DNA of 64,000 nucleotides from Eledone cirrhosa (lineage: Eukaryota), in contig OZ024741.1 of the NCBI GenBank assembly GCA_964016885.1, positions 144,336,001 to 144,400,000 of the forward strand, written 5' to 3'. The notes under the pieces were generated by a model, which was given only the letters and a program-made list of their open reading frames with translations, was not told the DNA's origin and made no database searches. Position numbers and translations under genes: made by a program. Below are positions 1-12,284 of the stretch, in pieces. Position 1 is the first letter of the stretch. Each line of letters opens with the position of its first letter.

Positions 1-1201
1 CAACGGATACAAGGACTAGAGAAATGCCTTCTGCTTTTAATTAGAAGCGAAATGAACAAAAATCTAGAAATTATATTATAAAAAATAATTGTCTGCTAAT
101 TTAGGCAATTTCAGGGAAGGGCAAAGTCAATCCAATTGACTCCCAGGAACTACATTTTCTAATATGCCCTTCCTTTTTTAAAGTGGATGAATGTGTGATT
201 CTAATAGTCAGGCGGCTATGTAGGGCAAGCATCTCCAAATAGACCATCGGCTCCTTCATAGCATCCTTGACTCCTCATCAACCCCCAAAAAATAAATATA
301 TCAGTAAACAGAATATAAACTAATTATATATACATCAGAAACCTGTATAAGCAAGTTGTATTTTATTGTATTATTTTATGTATTTTCATTTCTTATACAA
401 ATGCCAGGTTTTGGTCCAAAAGTTAAATCGACCTCATAGGTAATCCCATCGAGCCCCGGCAGTAGATATCGACCACTTTAGGCTCGCATGATGTAGAGCT
501 TCCGCATATTTATGTAGGTATTCGTTCTTCGCTTTCTGCCACTACACAGTTTCCAGGTTGTTCTGTCTATTGAAACCAAAAATAGGTCATCAATTAGTGC
601 ATGTAAAAGTTATACAACAAGTTAACAAATCAATGTAACTTATATACAATGTCTCCTCCATTTAGGCGTTCATTCAATCTAATAACACCCATTTATTACT
701 TTTTTTAAGTTGCATTGTCTACTCACATACGACAAGACTTATATTTTAATATGAACATTTTAATTTGTTTCTACCTAAAATTATTCCTAAATGACGTTTT
801 CTGACGTATTTCTGAAGTGTAACGCCCTTGGATTAAATATATACGCCCGCGAAAAAAATGTGATCATTGAAGCAAGGAAAATTGGGCTTTTCCAATTTCT
901 TTTTAATGAATAGAGCTTTTCATATACCACAGATACAACCGCACCCATACTAAACAGAAACAACTCCACCCAAGTGATGTAGGTGAAATATAAAATGTAT
1001 ATAATTGCAGATTTAGATAAGGTATGTATCCGTACATGTAAAACTATCTATAATAATAATATAAAGAATGCATATATTTAGAATGGTTAGACAGTGTATA
1101 GATGTATACTGGCTAGAACCTGCAGTTGATGACCGGTTAGATGCAGTGTATTGATAGATTGCAAACACAGTGTGTACATGTAAACTTATTAGACATACTA
1201 T

Positions 1202-2158
1202 ACTAGACATGAAAAATGCGCAAGCTCAAAAGTGCCACAGAATGTTATAATAAACCTTCAAAAGTGTGGGACTAGAGTTGTTGCTAAAAAATATTGTAAT
1301 CATTATATATCGTACATTCTGTGGCATCCTTTATAAAAATAGCTTAAACCAACGAAGCCTTTATTTTTACGCTATTTCACTTAGTTAATTCTTAGAGTGT
1401 AACATATAAAAATATGATTTACAACTATAAAATAAATTAATTAATATAATAACAGAGCTGCGGAGCTGAAATTTAAGAAATAATGGAGTATCGGATCCTG
1501 AGTTGGAGCCAGTCAATTTTTGGCCGACTCCGCAGCCCTGTATAATACATTTCATATTAAAGTTATTAATAAACCTATTTTACACTGCATGCAAATTACC
1601 ATGAGATATTGATATTAGATATAAGATACAGCGCAATATCTACAGCTGTAAAAGTACGAAAGCGAAGTAATAATAAGTGGCTTAAGGTAATTCCAATATG
1701 AAAGTTTGTAGTGATAAAAATTTGATAATGCAATACGATTGTTAATATTATAGTTCTATGAAAATGTAACAATAGATAACTAAATTATTTTACTATTAGT
1801 ATATTTAAGAAATTATCATTATAGATTTGATCGTTCATATAAGCATCATATTAATTTTCAACACAATTATTTTGTTACTATGAGTATATGATAATAATAT
1901 TACGTAATTATTTATAGCTGTTATTACATTAAACATAGATGTATTTATTTTTATATGTTACACTCTAAGAATTAACTAAGTGAAATAGCGTAAAAATAAA
2001 GGCTTCGTTGGTTTAAGCTATTTTTATAAAGGATGCCACAGAATGTACGATATATAATGATTACAATATTTTTTAGCAACAACTCTAGTCCCACACTTTT
2101 GAAGGTTTATTATAACATTCTGTGGCACTTTTGAGCTTGCGCATTTTTCATGTCTAGT
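1202..2158. repeat. Long inverted repeat: 213-bp arms (1202-1414 and 1946-2158) with a ~530-bp spacer
   Basis: Left arm ACTAGACATGAAAAATGCGC...AACATATAAAAATA reads as the reverse complement of TATTTTTATATGTT...GCGCATTTTTCATGTCTAGT; no mismatch seen by eye. Confidence 0.92.
1453..1540. mobile_element. 88-bp hAT-like MITE
   Basis: Termini CAGAGCTGCGGAG / CTCCGCAGCCCTG (imperfect TIR); flanks TATAATAA / TATAATAC fit an 8-bp TSD with one mismatch. Confidence 0.7.
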
Positions 2159-2713
2159 TTAATATTTTTTTAAGGCAACGCTTGTAATAACTCTAGTTAA
2201 AGAGGATATATATTAATAATAAATTATCGTTGTAATGTAATTAGATTATGTAATTGTTATTATAAATTATCTTATAAATATTAGTGTAAGATGTATAAAA
2301 ATATTTTCAGACTTTTAATATAAACAACTACAAAAAACAATCAATATTAAATCAATATATTATACATAATAGAAAACATAAAATAAACAATACAAAAACA
2401 AAATATTTACATACAATTGCAATTATCAGTGTATATACATTTTCTTTATATTCCCTGAGCAAATTAATAAGATTTGTTTTTATTGTACATAATTTGATGA
2501 CTTGTTGGAGTGTATTAAAAGATAGCAACAATTTGTGATTAAATTGTTATCTTAAGCAACTCACTTTTTAATAGTTGTTGGCTGAGCGAAATTGTAAAAG
2601 CCTATGAGCAAATATAAAAAAAAATACACAAACAACATTTCCTTGTGTTATTACAACATTAGATAAAATAATTGAGCAATGTCGTTATATTTTGCTCTTA
2701 TTGCACATTAATA

Positions 2714-2882
2714 GTGTTTCTATTTTTCGGCACAAATCCATTACGGCAGTCCATTACTGGTACTTTATTTTATCGAATTAGTAAGTATGAAAGTCGAAGT
2801 TAACCTCGGCAGGATTTGAACTTAGAATGCAAAGGACCATAACAATACTGCAAAGCATGGTGTCTGACGCTCTACCAATACT
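2714..2882 (-). mobile_element. tRNA-derived SINE, family 1 (Deu/Nin-like central domain), decayed
   Basis: Reverse complement matches the GTTCAAATCCCGCCGAGGTTAACTTTGCCTTTCATCC...GATAAAATAAAGTACCAGT core repeated at 14180, 44237 and 49576. Confidence 0.75.
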
Positions 2883-3344
2883 TGTGTTGAGCTGGTCATT
2901 AATTTATGGTGGTCGTGCGTGGAGTAGAGCAATCGCTAGTTGAAATATTATGAACAAAACATTTTTATTTGCCGAAGAACATATTTTCAATACTGTTTGT
3001 GAATGTGACGAAGGAAATACATTCTGATATGGAACAGTGTACAAAGTGTGTCTGTGAATAACATAATGTTACCTCATGTTGTTGTCAAGACATAATGGAT
3101 TTCGTATATCCAGTTAGAAGATGAAACCTAGCCATCTCGGATTAGTTATATTTCATGCCATGTGTAAACGTGTTTGAGGATAGCAAAATATGCGTGTTTC
3201 TTGTCTGGAAACTTTCTGCTAAACTGATTGGTTTCGTTTTTGGCACTATACAATACTCATCCAACAGATAGCTGTATTGGATCCTTGATTGGTTAATATT
3301 TAGGTGAGGGTGCTTGATGCAGAGTTAGTGCAAAATGGATCAAT

Positions 3345-4002
3345 GAGTGTAATAATAATAATGATAATAATAATGAAAATATTGTGTACAATGCTGAGGT
3401 GCACTACAACTCATCAAAAGTGCATATATAATACATAGGGTAATATAAAAACGTCAGGAAAAAAGAACAGTGCATGAGTCATGATATACACATATGTGCA
3501 TGTGTATGGAAGGGGGACATCAGGTGTAGTTTTGGTGTATTTCGGAATGTATGATGGTTTTAAAGGATGCAGTGTGTCATCAGCTAACAACTGATGCAGG
3601 AAGTTTGTTCCATCCTTCAGCAACTCTGAGCATGAAGAAATATTTCCTAAAGTCATGGGAGCTGTGTTGTTTTCTGACTTTGTAGGCATGTCCACGTGTT
3701 AGACACATGGAGATCAAAAAGGTGTTCGGGGTTGTTGTTGGTCGGATGGTTAATAACTTTGTGGGTGTTTACCAAGTCCATTGCCAGAGGGAAGCAAAAT
3801 ATTCAGGGTATGGTAGGTGTCTGATGGAGGGTATGCGCTTGGTTGCATGTCTCTGAACAGTTTCCAGGAGGTCAATGTTCTGAGCAAGATAGGGGTTCCA
3901 GACTGATGACGCGAACTCCAAGTGTATTCGTACCATAGATGTATACAGCTTTAAATAGATGGCTGGAGAGCAGCTAATGAAGGTCTTGCTGATTGATGCC
4001 AA
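3345..4002 (-). mobile_element. CR1/L2-clade LINE 3' end, decayed
   Basis: ORF 3769-4002 contains LYTSMVRIHLEFASSVWNPY...LETVQRHATK. Further 3', another frame reads KYFFMLRVAEGWNKLPASVV, the typical CR1 ORF2 C-terminus. An (ATT)n tract lies near 3350. Confidence 0.85.
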
Positions 4003-4214
4003 GTCAATCTTAATAAATTGACTGATTTATCTGTTCACTACTGCTAATCCACCGCTGTTTGTACAATTTTTTAGATAATGTCAATTTGAGCTTGAATCAT
4101 TGGCGTAATGAAATTTGAAAAGATTATAAGCAAATCTTTTTTAAAATACACAGACAACATTTAACTGTATCGTTGCAACATTAGATCTAATAATGGAGCA
4201 ACATTTGTGCAGAA

Positions 4215-4679
4215 TTATTGTTTGTGCAATAAGATATTTGCAGATCTGTACTTGGTCTGCTCTTTAGCCAACTCGGTACGTTTAGAAGCTCTACGCTCGG
4301 CTTGCTTTTGAGATATAATAGCTGAATTTGCAGATCTATACTTGGCCTGCTTGTTTGCCAACTCATACCGTTTTGAACATCTATACTTGGCCTGTTTTTG
4401 TGTTAATTTAGCAAAATTCACAGCTCTATAATCGGCCTGTTTTTGTCTCAACTTCTCCCGATTCCGCATCCGGTAAGCTGCTTTCACATCCAATTTAATA
4501 CGCCCATCTAGATTATTAGCACAGGAATGTGAACAAGCTTGTGGGACCGCATCATTGTAAGTATATGAACTGCCTGCAACATCAAGACCCAATTCACAAG
4601 TGCAACGTTGCTCATTCACATCGGCAGTGGGGACACCAAAATCAGTGACAGGTCTCGATTCACTCGCGAGATACATCAC
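4215..4679 (-). CDS. 154-aa ORF fragment with ~6 basic 15-aa repeats (KQAKYRxxN); unknown function, possibly the N-terminus of a mobile-element protein
   Basis: A diverged 45-bp tandem repeat at ~4240-4480 keeps the frame open; no recognisable catalytic domain. Confidence 0.35.
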   Translation of the reverse strand: MMYLASESRPVTDFGVPTADVNEQRCTCELGLDVAGSSYTYNDAVPQACSHSCANNLDGRIKLDVKAAYRMRNREKLRQKQADYRAVNFAKLTQKQAKYRCSKRYELANKQAKYRSANSAIISQKQAERRASKRTELAKEQTKYRSANILLHKQ

Positions 4680-4707
4680 AGCTACACTATATATTTAAAC
4701 ATATATA

Positions 4708-4770
4708 CAGTGATACCTCGCTACTTGGCGGTTCAACTATCGCGGATTCACGATTTCGCGCATTTTTAGA
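4708..4770 (+). mobile_element. Tigger/pogo-like terminal fragment
   Basis: TA|CAGTGATACCTCGC...TATCGCGGATTCACGATTTCGCG resembles Tc1/pogo termini; partner TIR not found. Confidence 0.45.
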
Positions 4771-4869
4771 ATATATATATGAACACCTAAAATTTTTCAT
4801 TAAATCCATTAAAATATTAATAATAAACACAGTTCTAATCATACGCTATATATATATATATATAAATAT

Positions 4870-5169
4870 AAGTAATTAATACCGTATAAATGGTACAAAG
4901 ACTGTTTATGTAAAATGTATTTCTCAACAGAGTATTGAATACTTAGGAGAAATTCAAAACGAAGAGTGATAAAATTTCAAGCAAAGAGTTTAATTAGGTA
5001 ATGACTTACAAATTTGTTTCAGTATATAGACAAAGCCTGAAGCGCTAATTATAATAATTAGTTAATAATATTACAAAATATATTAATATTATATTAAATA
5101 TATACTGAAACAAATTTGTAAGTCATTACCTAATTAAACTCTTTGCTTGAAATTTTATCATTCTTCGTT

Positions 5170-5170
<1 letters not shown>
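4870..5170. mobile_element. PLE-type fold-back element carrying hammerhead 3' halves
   Basis: ~72-bp inverted arms (4958-5028 and 5099-5170), each with GAAA-CAAATTTG-TA; TA-rich flanks on both sides. Confidence 0.6.
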
Positions 5171-5203
<33 letters not shown>

Positions 5204-6287
5204 TTTATCTAGTCCTTCGCTCAAGATTAATCTATAAGTTTAGATGTCTGCCTTCGTTTAAGTAAATATTACAGTAAGATTTTTAATATAAACAACTACA
5301 AAAAACAATTAATATTAAAACGAAAAAATTATCAATGATAAAAGAAGCGGATGCAACTTTTTTTTTTATAAAGTTATATTCCTGTTTCTTTAAAGAACAT
5401 TTCATTTTTGTTCTATTGTAGGCGAAATAATGCAATGGTTTAATAGGGAAGATATAACTTACCAATTATGTCTCTAACCATGTAACGCTTTTTAAGTAGA
5501 TAACTACAATTGAAAATACTAAAGAAATGGAACCAACAATTCAATTTGAAAGTCGTCTACTTATAGTGACAGTGTATTACTGGTACTTTATTTTATCGAC
5601 CCCGTAGCGATGAAAGGCAAAAATGCAAATGCTTAAAATTTAAATTGCCTTAATTCTATCGTCTGCTGTTTCATTAAAGGGAGATTCTCGTCTGTATTTA
5701 ATTCTATCGTCTACTGTTCCACTAAACAGATATACCTCCACTATCGTCTCTATTTATACATTTTAACTTATAACTTATACACATTTGATTTGAAATATTT
5801 TATCTAGTCCCCCCTCTCAATATTATGATGATTTCTTTCGAATGAAACAGTTCTAGTCCTGTAGAAGCCATTTATATATATAATTGAACTGAGTTAAAAA
5901 TTCACAATATTTATAATTAAATAAGCTCATATATATATGTGTGTATTTATCTGTTTATTGTATTATATATAATGTGTGTATATACAGGATGTCCCCCAAA
6001 AATATATACACACTTCAACAGCATTCTAATAACTATTGCCTGTACAGGTAATCAAAGTGTCAATCGAATGTTAGTTTCGTGTTTTAACAGTACAAATTTA
6101 CAATACACACATAAAACCAGTGTATATACATACATGAGTGTGTATACACATACATGAATGTGTATATACAATATATATGTATATATATATAGACACATAT
6201 ATTCACGGTGCAACGGAACATTAAAATATAGATGCGGGGGGGGGTGTATATATAGGGGCGCTGGGGATAAAGGAGTGTAAAGCGTAA

Positions 6288-6577
6288 GTGTGTAATTGAT
6301 ATATTGAAGGAGAGGAGCGTGCAGCGATAGAGTAACAAATATATAGAGAGGGGGAGAGATGGTATTGAAGGGGAGGAGTGCAAAGCGAAAGAGTAAGAGA
6401 GATATATATAGAGACGGAACAGATAGAGAGAAACAGGCGTAAGTAACAGTGGAAGAGATATAGAGAGAGGGGGGAATAAATAAATGGAAATATAAGTGTA
6501 ACAGTATAAGAGATATATAGAGAGGGGGAAAGTGTCAACGTAATGTTAGATACATCGTGACATACCTAGAAGTTTCA

Positions 6578-6643
<66 letters not shown>

Positions 6644-7125
6644 TGCTAGTTAAGAATTTCACATTTGTTATCAGTCAAAATTATATTGTCCCAAAACTGA
6701 ATAAATTCTTTTATTTTATATATATATATATATATATACTGTGGCACCTCGGTTTACGAGTTTAATTCGTTCCGGCGCGGCGCTCGTAAACCGAAACACG
6801 TTTAAAGTCAGTTTTCACAGCTACACTATATATTTAAACATATATACAGTGATACCTCGCTACTTGGCGGTTCAACTATCGGTGTGTAATTGATATATTG
6901 AAGGAGAGGAGCGTGCAGCGATAGAGTAACAAATATATAGAGAGGGGGAGAGATGGTATTGAAGGGGAGGAGTGCAAAGCGAAAGAGTAAGAGAGATATA
7001 TATAGAGACGGAACAGATAGAGAGAAACAGGCGTAAGTAACAGTGGAAGAGATATATAGAGAGGGGGTAATAAATAAATGGAAATATAAGTGTAACAGTA
7101 TAAGAGATATATAGAGAGGGGGAAA
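6288..7125 (+). repeat. 244-bp near-identical direct repeat (6288-6531 and 6882-7125), purine-rich minisatellite-like
   Basis: GTGTGTAATTGATATATTGAAGGAGAGG...AGAGAGGGGGAAA occurs twice with only a few differences. Confidence 0.9.
6738..6800 (+). mobile_element. Tigger-like terminal fragment
   Basis: After (TA)n: CTGTGGCACCTCGGTTTACGAGTTTAATTCGTTCCGG...CTCGTAAACCGA with an internal inverted repeat. Confidence 0.45.
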
Positions 7126-7189
7126 TGTGTTATTGAAGGGGAGGAGTGTAAAGCGAAAGCGTAAGATATATATAGAGAGAGGGGGAATA

Positions 7190-7225
<36 letters not shown>

Positions 7226-8194
7226 ACACTTACTCTGATTGGTTGAAAATTAGCCAATGACATACGATCACCACCACCACGGCTATCCCCGGAAAATTTA
7301 TGAAGAAGTTAGGCATATATGTTAGAACACGAAAAGTGAACATTCTGTTGTTTCACACTTTTCGTGTTCTAACAGATAAACATTTAGGTGGTGAATTGGC
7401 TGAGTCGTTAGGAGGTGGGATAGACATTTAAATAGGGAAATACGATGACTAGACGCAAAACTAGATAGTTAAGATTTAAGGATATTGAATAGATAGGCAC
7501 TATATAGATGTTCAAAGTTTAGGCACAATTTAGAGATATTCAATGGACAGTCTCAGTGAACATATGTCCTACTGCATAGAGACAGTGTGTAAATGTATAA
7601 TGTATAAGGGCAGTTAGCTGGATTTATGCAATCGGAGAAGTAGACGAGAGGGATATTATCTGTACATGTTGACACGGTGGTTGTATAAATATTTCCATTT
7701 AAGAGGATCGATGAGGTTATAGAAAAACGAAACCGGCCTCAGAAAGTCTATGAAAGCTATGGGCATATAACTTTCCACCAAATTCGTTTCACCCCCTTCC
7801 CAAAAAGGTTTGATATTGTATCTAACTCTGCGGACTCTATACTAAACATTTTCAACAATCAATTTCTAATTCTCGATATAATTATCTATCTTGCAAATCC
7901 ATTTTACTCTCAAGAACCTTTATCAATTCTATATCTTGTGGCAATTTGCTAGGAATGCCGCTTCTTTGTTATACAGTAATTGGGTCGACTTGGTAGCTAG
8001 CGAAAATTTTAAGCTTTTCGTTAAGAATGACTTTTATCCAGTTATATTTTTATCGAATCCGTCGTGGTGTTTTTATGAGTGCTGGATCCAGATGCTTCAG
8101 TGCTGCTGTATAAATGGCCTCCCTCTTGGCTTCCTCATCACTTATTTTACCAAACTGTACGTTGGATAACGTAGTGTTGGGAACATCCATAAGG

Positions 8195-8330
8195 TGGTCC
8201 ATTTGGCAGAGTTGTTAGAACGATGGATATTTGTTCTCAGTCACCGCATTCTGAATTCAAATCCTACGAGGACCCACTTTGTCAACCCCACTTGAAGTGT
8301 CGATAAAGAAAGTACCAGTCCAGTGCTGGT
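8195..8330 (+). mobile_element. SINE family 1, decayed
   Basis: TTGGCAGAG head, TTCAAATCC B-box-like motif and GTCGATAAAGAAAGTACCAGT core. Confidence 0.6.
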
Positions 8331-8629
8331 GAAGCCTTCTTTCCAGCTGTCACATCCTGGATGTTCCACTGGATCTTAAAAGAGAAGGCCGAGAAGGTGT
8401 CTGTGATTATTCGCGACTGCATGGGCACTTAAAATCCTCAGTGAACTCATGGTACATTCTACCAAATCATATGCCATAGTATCAGCCGTGTCTCCTGATT
8501 TCAATTCGACAGTTTTGAACTCATTGAGAGAGTTCTTACTGTGTAGGTTTCTCATTTGACGATCTATAGCTGGTTTGGATATCACTAATGTGTGATTGTT
8601 CCAACAATATGCTGCACCCACGATCCTAG

Positions 8630-8960
8630 TGACTAGAACATCTTGTGTGTCACTTCACTGATTGATAGTATATGTAGCCGAGCATTCGACAGATACGTGT
8701 ACTCTTAAAGTAATTCTCAGGGAGATTCGGAGATTTAGCATCACACAGTCTATGATAAGGCTGGTAGAGTTTTGTGAAACAAGTGCTGATGAAGCCATGA
8801 GTGAAGCCATTTGTACGGGCTTCTAAACATGCCGTTTCCCGAATTTCACTCTCAAGATGTAGGCCGTTATATGGATATAGTAAACGACACTTTCACAGGA
8901 TACCACTTAGTAGGATAGAAGAAACCGGGACCTAGTGACTGCGAAGCGACTTCTTAACCT
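8630..8960 (-). mobile_element. SINE family 2, decayed
   Basis: Reverse complement shares GAATCTCCC...GAGAA...TTAAG...CACGTATCTGT with 10077-10355. Confidence 0.55.
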
Positions 8961-9040
8961 TTCGGCAGCAATATTCTGAATCCATCATATCACACGTATA
9001 CAACCTAAATAGATTAGAACAAACTACTAAATAACATCAT

Positions 9041-9095
9041 TTCTTCTTCTTCTTCTTCTTCTTCTTCTTCTTCTTCTTCTTCTTCTTCTTCTTCT
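9041..9095. repeat. (CTT)n microsatellite
   Basis: Direct reading. Confidence 0.95.
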
Positions 9096-9616
9096 ATACA
9101 TTATGTATTAACCCCATCTGTCTCTATTACCTTATTCCTTCCTTGTGTATGTGTCAGTGTCCATGTCATTCAGTCCAAACGCTATATAGGTACGTACGTT
9201 ATAATACAATTATTCGTCTTCTTATCGCCAGTTATAAATCTTAAAACCACAGAAGACCCAAAGACAAAGCCAGCGGTGAAAAGGTGAACAATCAATAACA
9301 ACGGCAGACTGCATTAATCAACGAAACAGAACTAATTATTGAAGTAATGAATACAGTGTTGTCTTAATGCAACATCAATAAATAATTTCCAGCTAAGAAT
9401 CTGTAACTCGCTCTGGTCCACGTGCTTACACAGATTTTGTCTTCGCGAACGTACAAGCATGGGTTCGAATGTCTTTGTCGTCGTTGGCGGTGGAGCCTAA
9501 TTATACCTTCTTTTTTATTCTAACCTCACTTTGATTTTCAAAAAAGCAACAGCAAAAAAGAAAAAAAGCAAGTACGCCTGATATCGAACAAACATCGTGT
9601 ATAGCTTAGTAGAAGT

Positions 9617-9770
9617 TGGCAAATTAGCAGAATCCTTAGAAGGTCCAATTGTATGCAATGCAGTATTCGTTCCAACTCTCTGCATTCAAATTAGTTCAAA
9701 TCCCGCCGAGGTCAACTTTGCCTTTCATCCTTTCGAAGTTGATAAAATAAATACCTGTCCTGTACTTAGG
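9617..9770 (+). mobile_element. SINE family 1
   Basis: GTTCAAATCCCGCCGAGGTCAACTTTGCCTTTCATCCTTTCG...GATAAAATAAATACC. Confidence 0.75.
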
Positions 9771-9819
9771 TAGATTCTTTCACTATACCTCACACTCACT
9801 TTCCCATCCTTCTCTCTCT

Positions 9820-9872
<53 letters not shown>

Positions 9873-10076
9873 TTTTCTCAATCTCTGGAAGAAATCGGTT
9901 GTGTTCAAGTAACACCGTGTATAACTACGGCACCCCTATAAATCCATTATCCATCCAGTCATCCATCCATTCATCCGTCCGTCTATCCGCTTGTCCTCCC
10001 CTCCATCGGTCCGTCCATCCTTCCATCCGACTCTCTGTCCATCCGTACATACATATATACGTAGTATACACGCTCT

Positions 10077-10355
10077 GTGAGAGCCCGCGGTAGTGAGGGT
10101 ATTCGTCTAACGATCGGTGGCGCGTTTTTTTCTTGATCAAAATACTTTATATCACGTTGCTCCAGTCAACTCAGCTAGCAAAAGTCGGTTGCACCTGTAA
10201 CTGAAAAGGGGCAGCCTTGTCACATTCTGTGTCACACTGAATCTCCCCGAGAACTATGTTAAGAACACACGTATCTGTGGAATACTCAGCCACATACACG
10301 ATAATTTCAAGAGCATGCTGTTCCGCTGATCGAATCATGTGGAACGCTCATCGAT
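10077..10355 (+). mobile_element. SINE family 2 (tRNA-like head plus conserved body)
   Basis: CACGTTGCTCC is shared with the SINE heads at 21147 and 48320; body CCTTGTCACATTCTGTGTCACACTGAATCTCCCCGAGAAC recurs near 43810. Confidence 0.7.
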
Positions 10356-10565
10356 ATGAAGGGCCGGCATATAGACTGTTGCCATTAAGCTGACCATTTA
10401 ATGTTGTGTATGCTCCGGCGTGTACTACCAAAACAAATGTGGTTTAGTGCTTGTCGTTGAGTGATTTATTCTATTAGCATCACCGTTGACTGATTGGAGT
10501 GTGGATTGCACAACAATAGTCGGTTAGTTAACTCTCTCCCTCTCTCTCTCTCTACACACACACAC

Positions 10566-10673
<108 letters not shown>

Positions 10674-10674
10674 C

Positions 10675-10870
10675 AAGTAAGTATGTGTTTTGAAACAGTG
10701 AGCGAGTTTGAAATTAGAAAATATATAGCTTTCACCGTATTTTTAACTAAAGGAATTTTAGCTTGATAACGGGGTTTAGAACCCTCAGATAAATGGAAAA
10801 AGATGAGTATTGACGTACAAGCTAAAATTCGTTCAGTTAAAAATACGGTGAAAGCTATATATTTTCTAAT
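10675..10870. mobile_element. Small fold-back element between (TA)n tracts
   Basis: 36-bp exact inverted arms ATTAGAAAATATATAGCTTTCACCGTATTTTTAACT and its reverse complement; GAAAGCTA is a possible hammerhead 3' half. Confidence 0.55.
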
Positions 10871-10886
10871 ATATATATATATATAT

Positions 10887-10940
<54 letters not shown>

Positions 10941-10942
10941 AT

Positions 10943-11309
<367 letters not shown>

Positions 11310-11765
11310 CACACACACACATATATATATATATAATATACACATACATATATATATATATTAGAAATGTCTCAGAAGCAACACAGATCGATATATCTTC
11401 TAGAATAACCTAATAAACACTCAATCATAAACGAAATAAATTCCCAGGAATAATACTTTTACCCTGATCGTTAGTAATTTCTTCTGCGCCTGTCTGCAGG
11501 TTTGATTGAATGCATAACTTCACATTTACACCAATTGCTGAAGCAAGTGGATCAGATACAACGTAGTCAGCAAGTATTACCTCAGTAAAGCTGTATGTTA
11601 TTGCCGAGTGTGTGTAAGTGACTGCCACTACAACATTAGTTTTGTAGATGATGTCTTCACGCGGCTTCTTATAAACCTAAAAGCAAGTTCAATCAGCTCC
11701 TGATTATTACTGGAATTCAATAAGAATCCAGCTTCTATAATTTTCGGCGAAAGCAGGGAGTGCGT

Positions 11766-11806
11766 GGCTCTGATGATCGCCAACAGCGTGAAACAGACTG
11801 TTAGCT
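11766..11806 (+). ncRNA. Type I hammerhead ribozyme motif, intact core
   Basis: GGCT-CTGATGA-TCGC caaca GCGT-GAAA-CAG a CTG-TT-AGCT: stems I, II and III are present, with a GUU cleavage triplet. Confidence 0.75.
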
Positions 11807-11990
11807 TCTCTCCCTTCTTTCGCCGAAAAGAAGTAAATGATATAGTCACTACTTAAAAACCGATAGCGTATGGTCTTCAAAATGTTTTTAATTAAACATA
11901 CGGTATATTGCCTAATATACTATACATACAGTCATATATATATATATATGTATATGTGAGAAAAACCACAGACCCTCCATCTCAACTCTA

Positions 11991-12026
11991 CTTTTGAAAA
12001 GCAGAAGAACTGCGAAACCGGTAAAG
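11991..12026 (+). ncRNA. Decayed minimal hammerhead motif
   Basis: CTT-TTGAAAA-GCAG aagaa CTGC-GAAA-CCGG-TA-AAG; two substitutions relative to CTGAAGA. Confidence 0.55.
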
Positions 12027-12246
12027 GAACCACATAAATATATATATATTTTTTAAAATAAGACTTAAAATAAGACTCCAGTTGCATTTTCGATTTCATC
12101 TTTTTTCTTTATACTTTCACTTGTGTAGGACACCTCGGTTATTTTTCATTTTGTTAAAAAAAACCCTCACTTTCTAATATATATATATATATATATATTA
12201 AGAGAGTAAAACAAAGAAGCCTTTAATACATCAAAAGTCTTTATTA

Positions 12247-12284
12247 GCCGACAATGTTTCGTCCTATTAAGGACTCATCAGGGC
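12247..12284 (-). ncRNA. Type I minimal hammerhead ribozyme motif, intact core
   Basis: Exact reverse complement of 13762-13799. Confidence 0.85.

Noticed and set aside
100-1000. Exon-like, higher-GC patches on the minus strand
   Set aside because: The frames I translated were short or interrupted by stops and showed no recognisable domain; cannot support a gene.
7900-8170. Possible decayed gag-like reading on the minus strand
   Set aside because: Only a vague resemblance, with stops and no LTR or pol sequence nearby.
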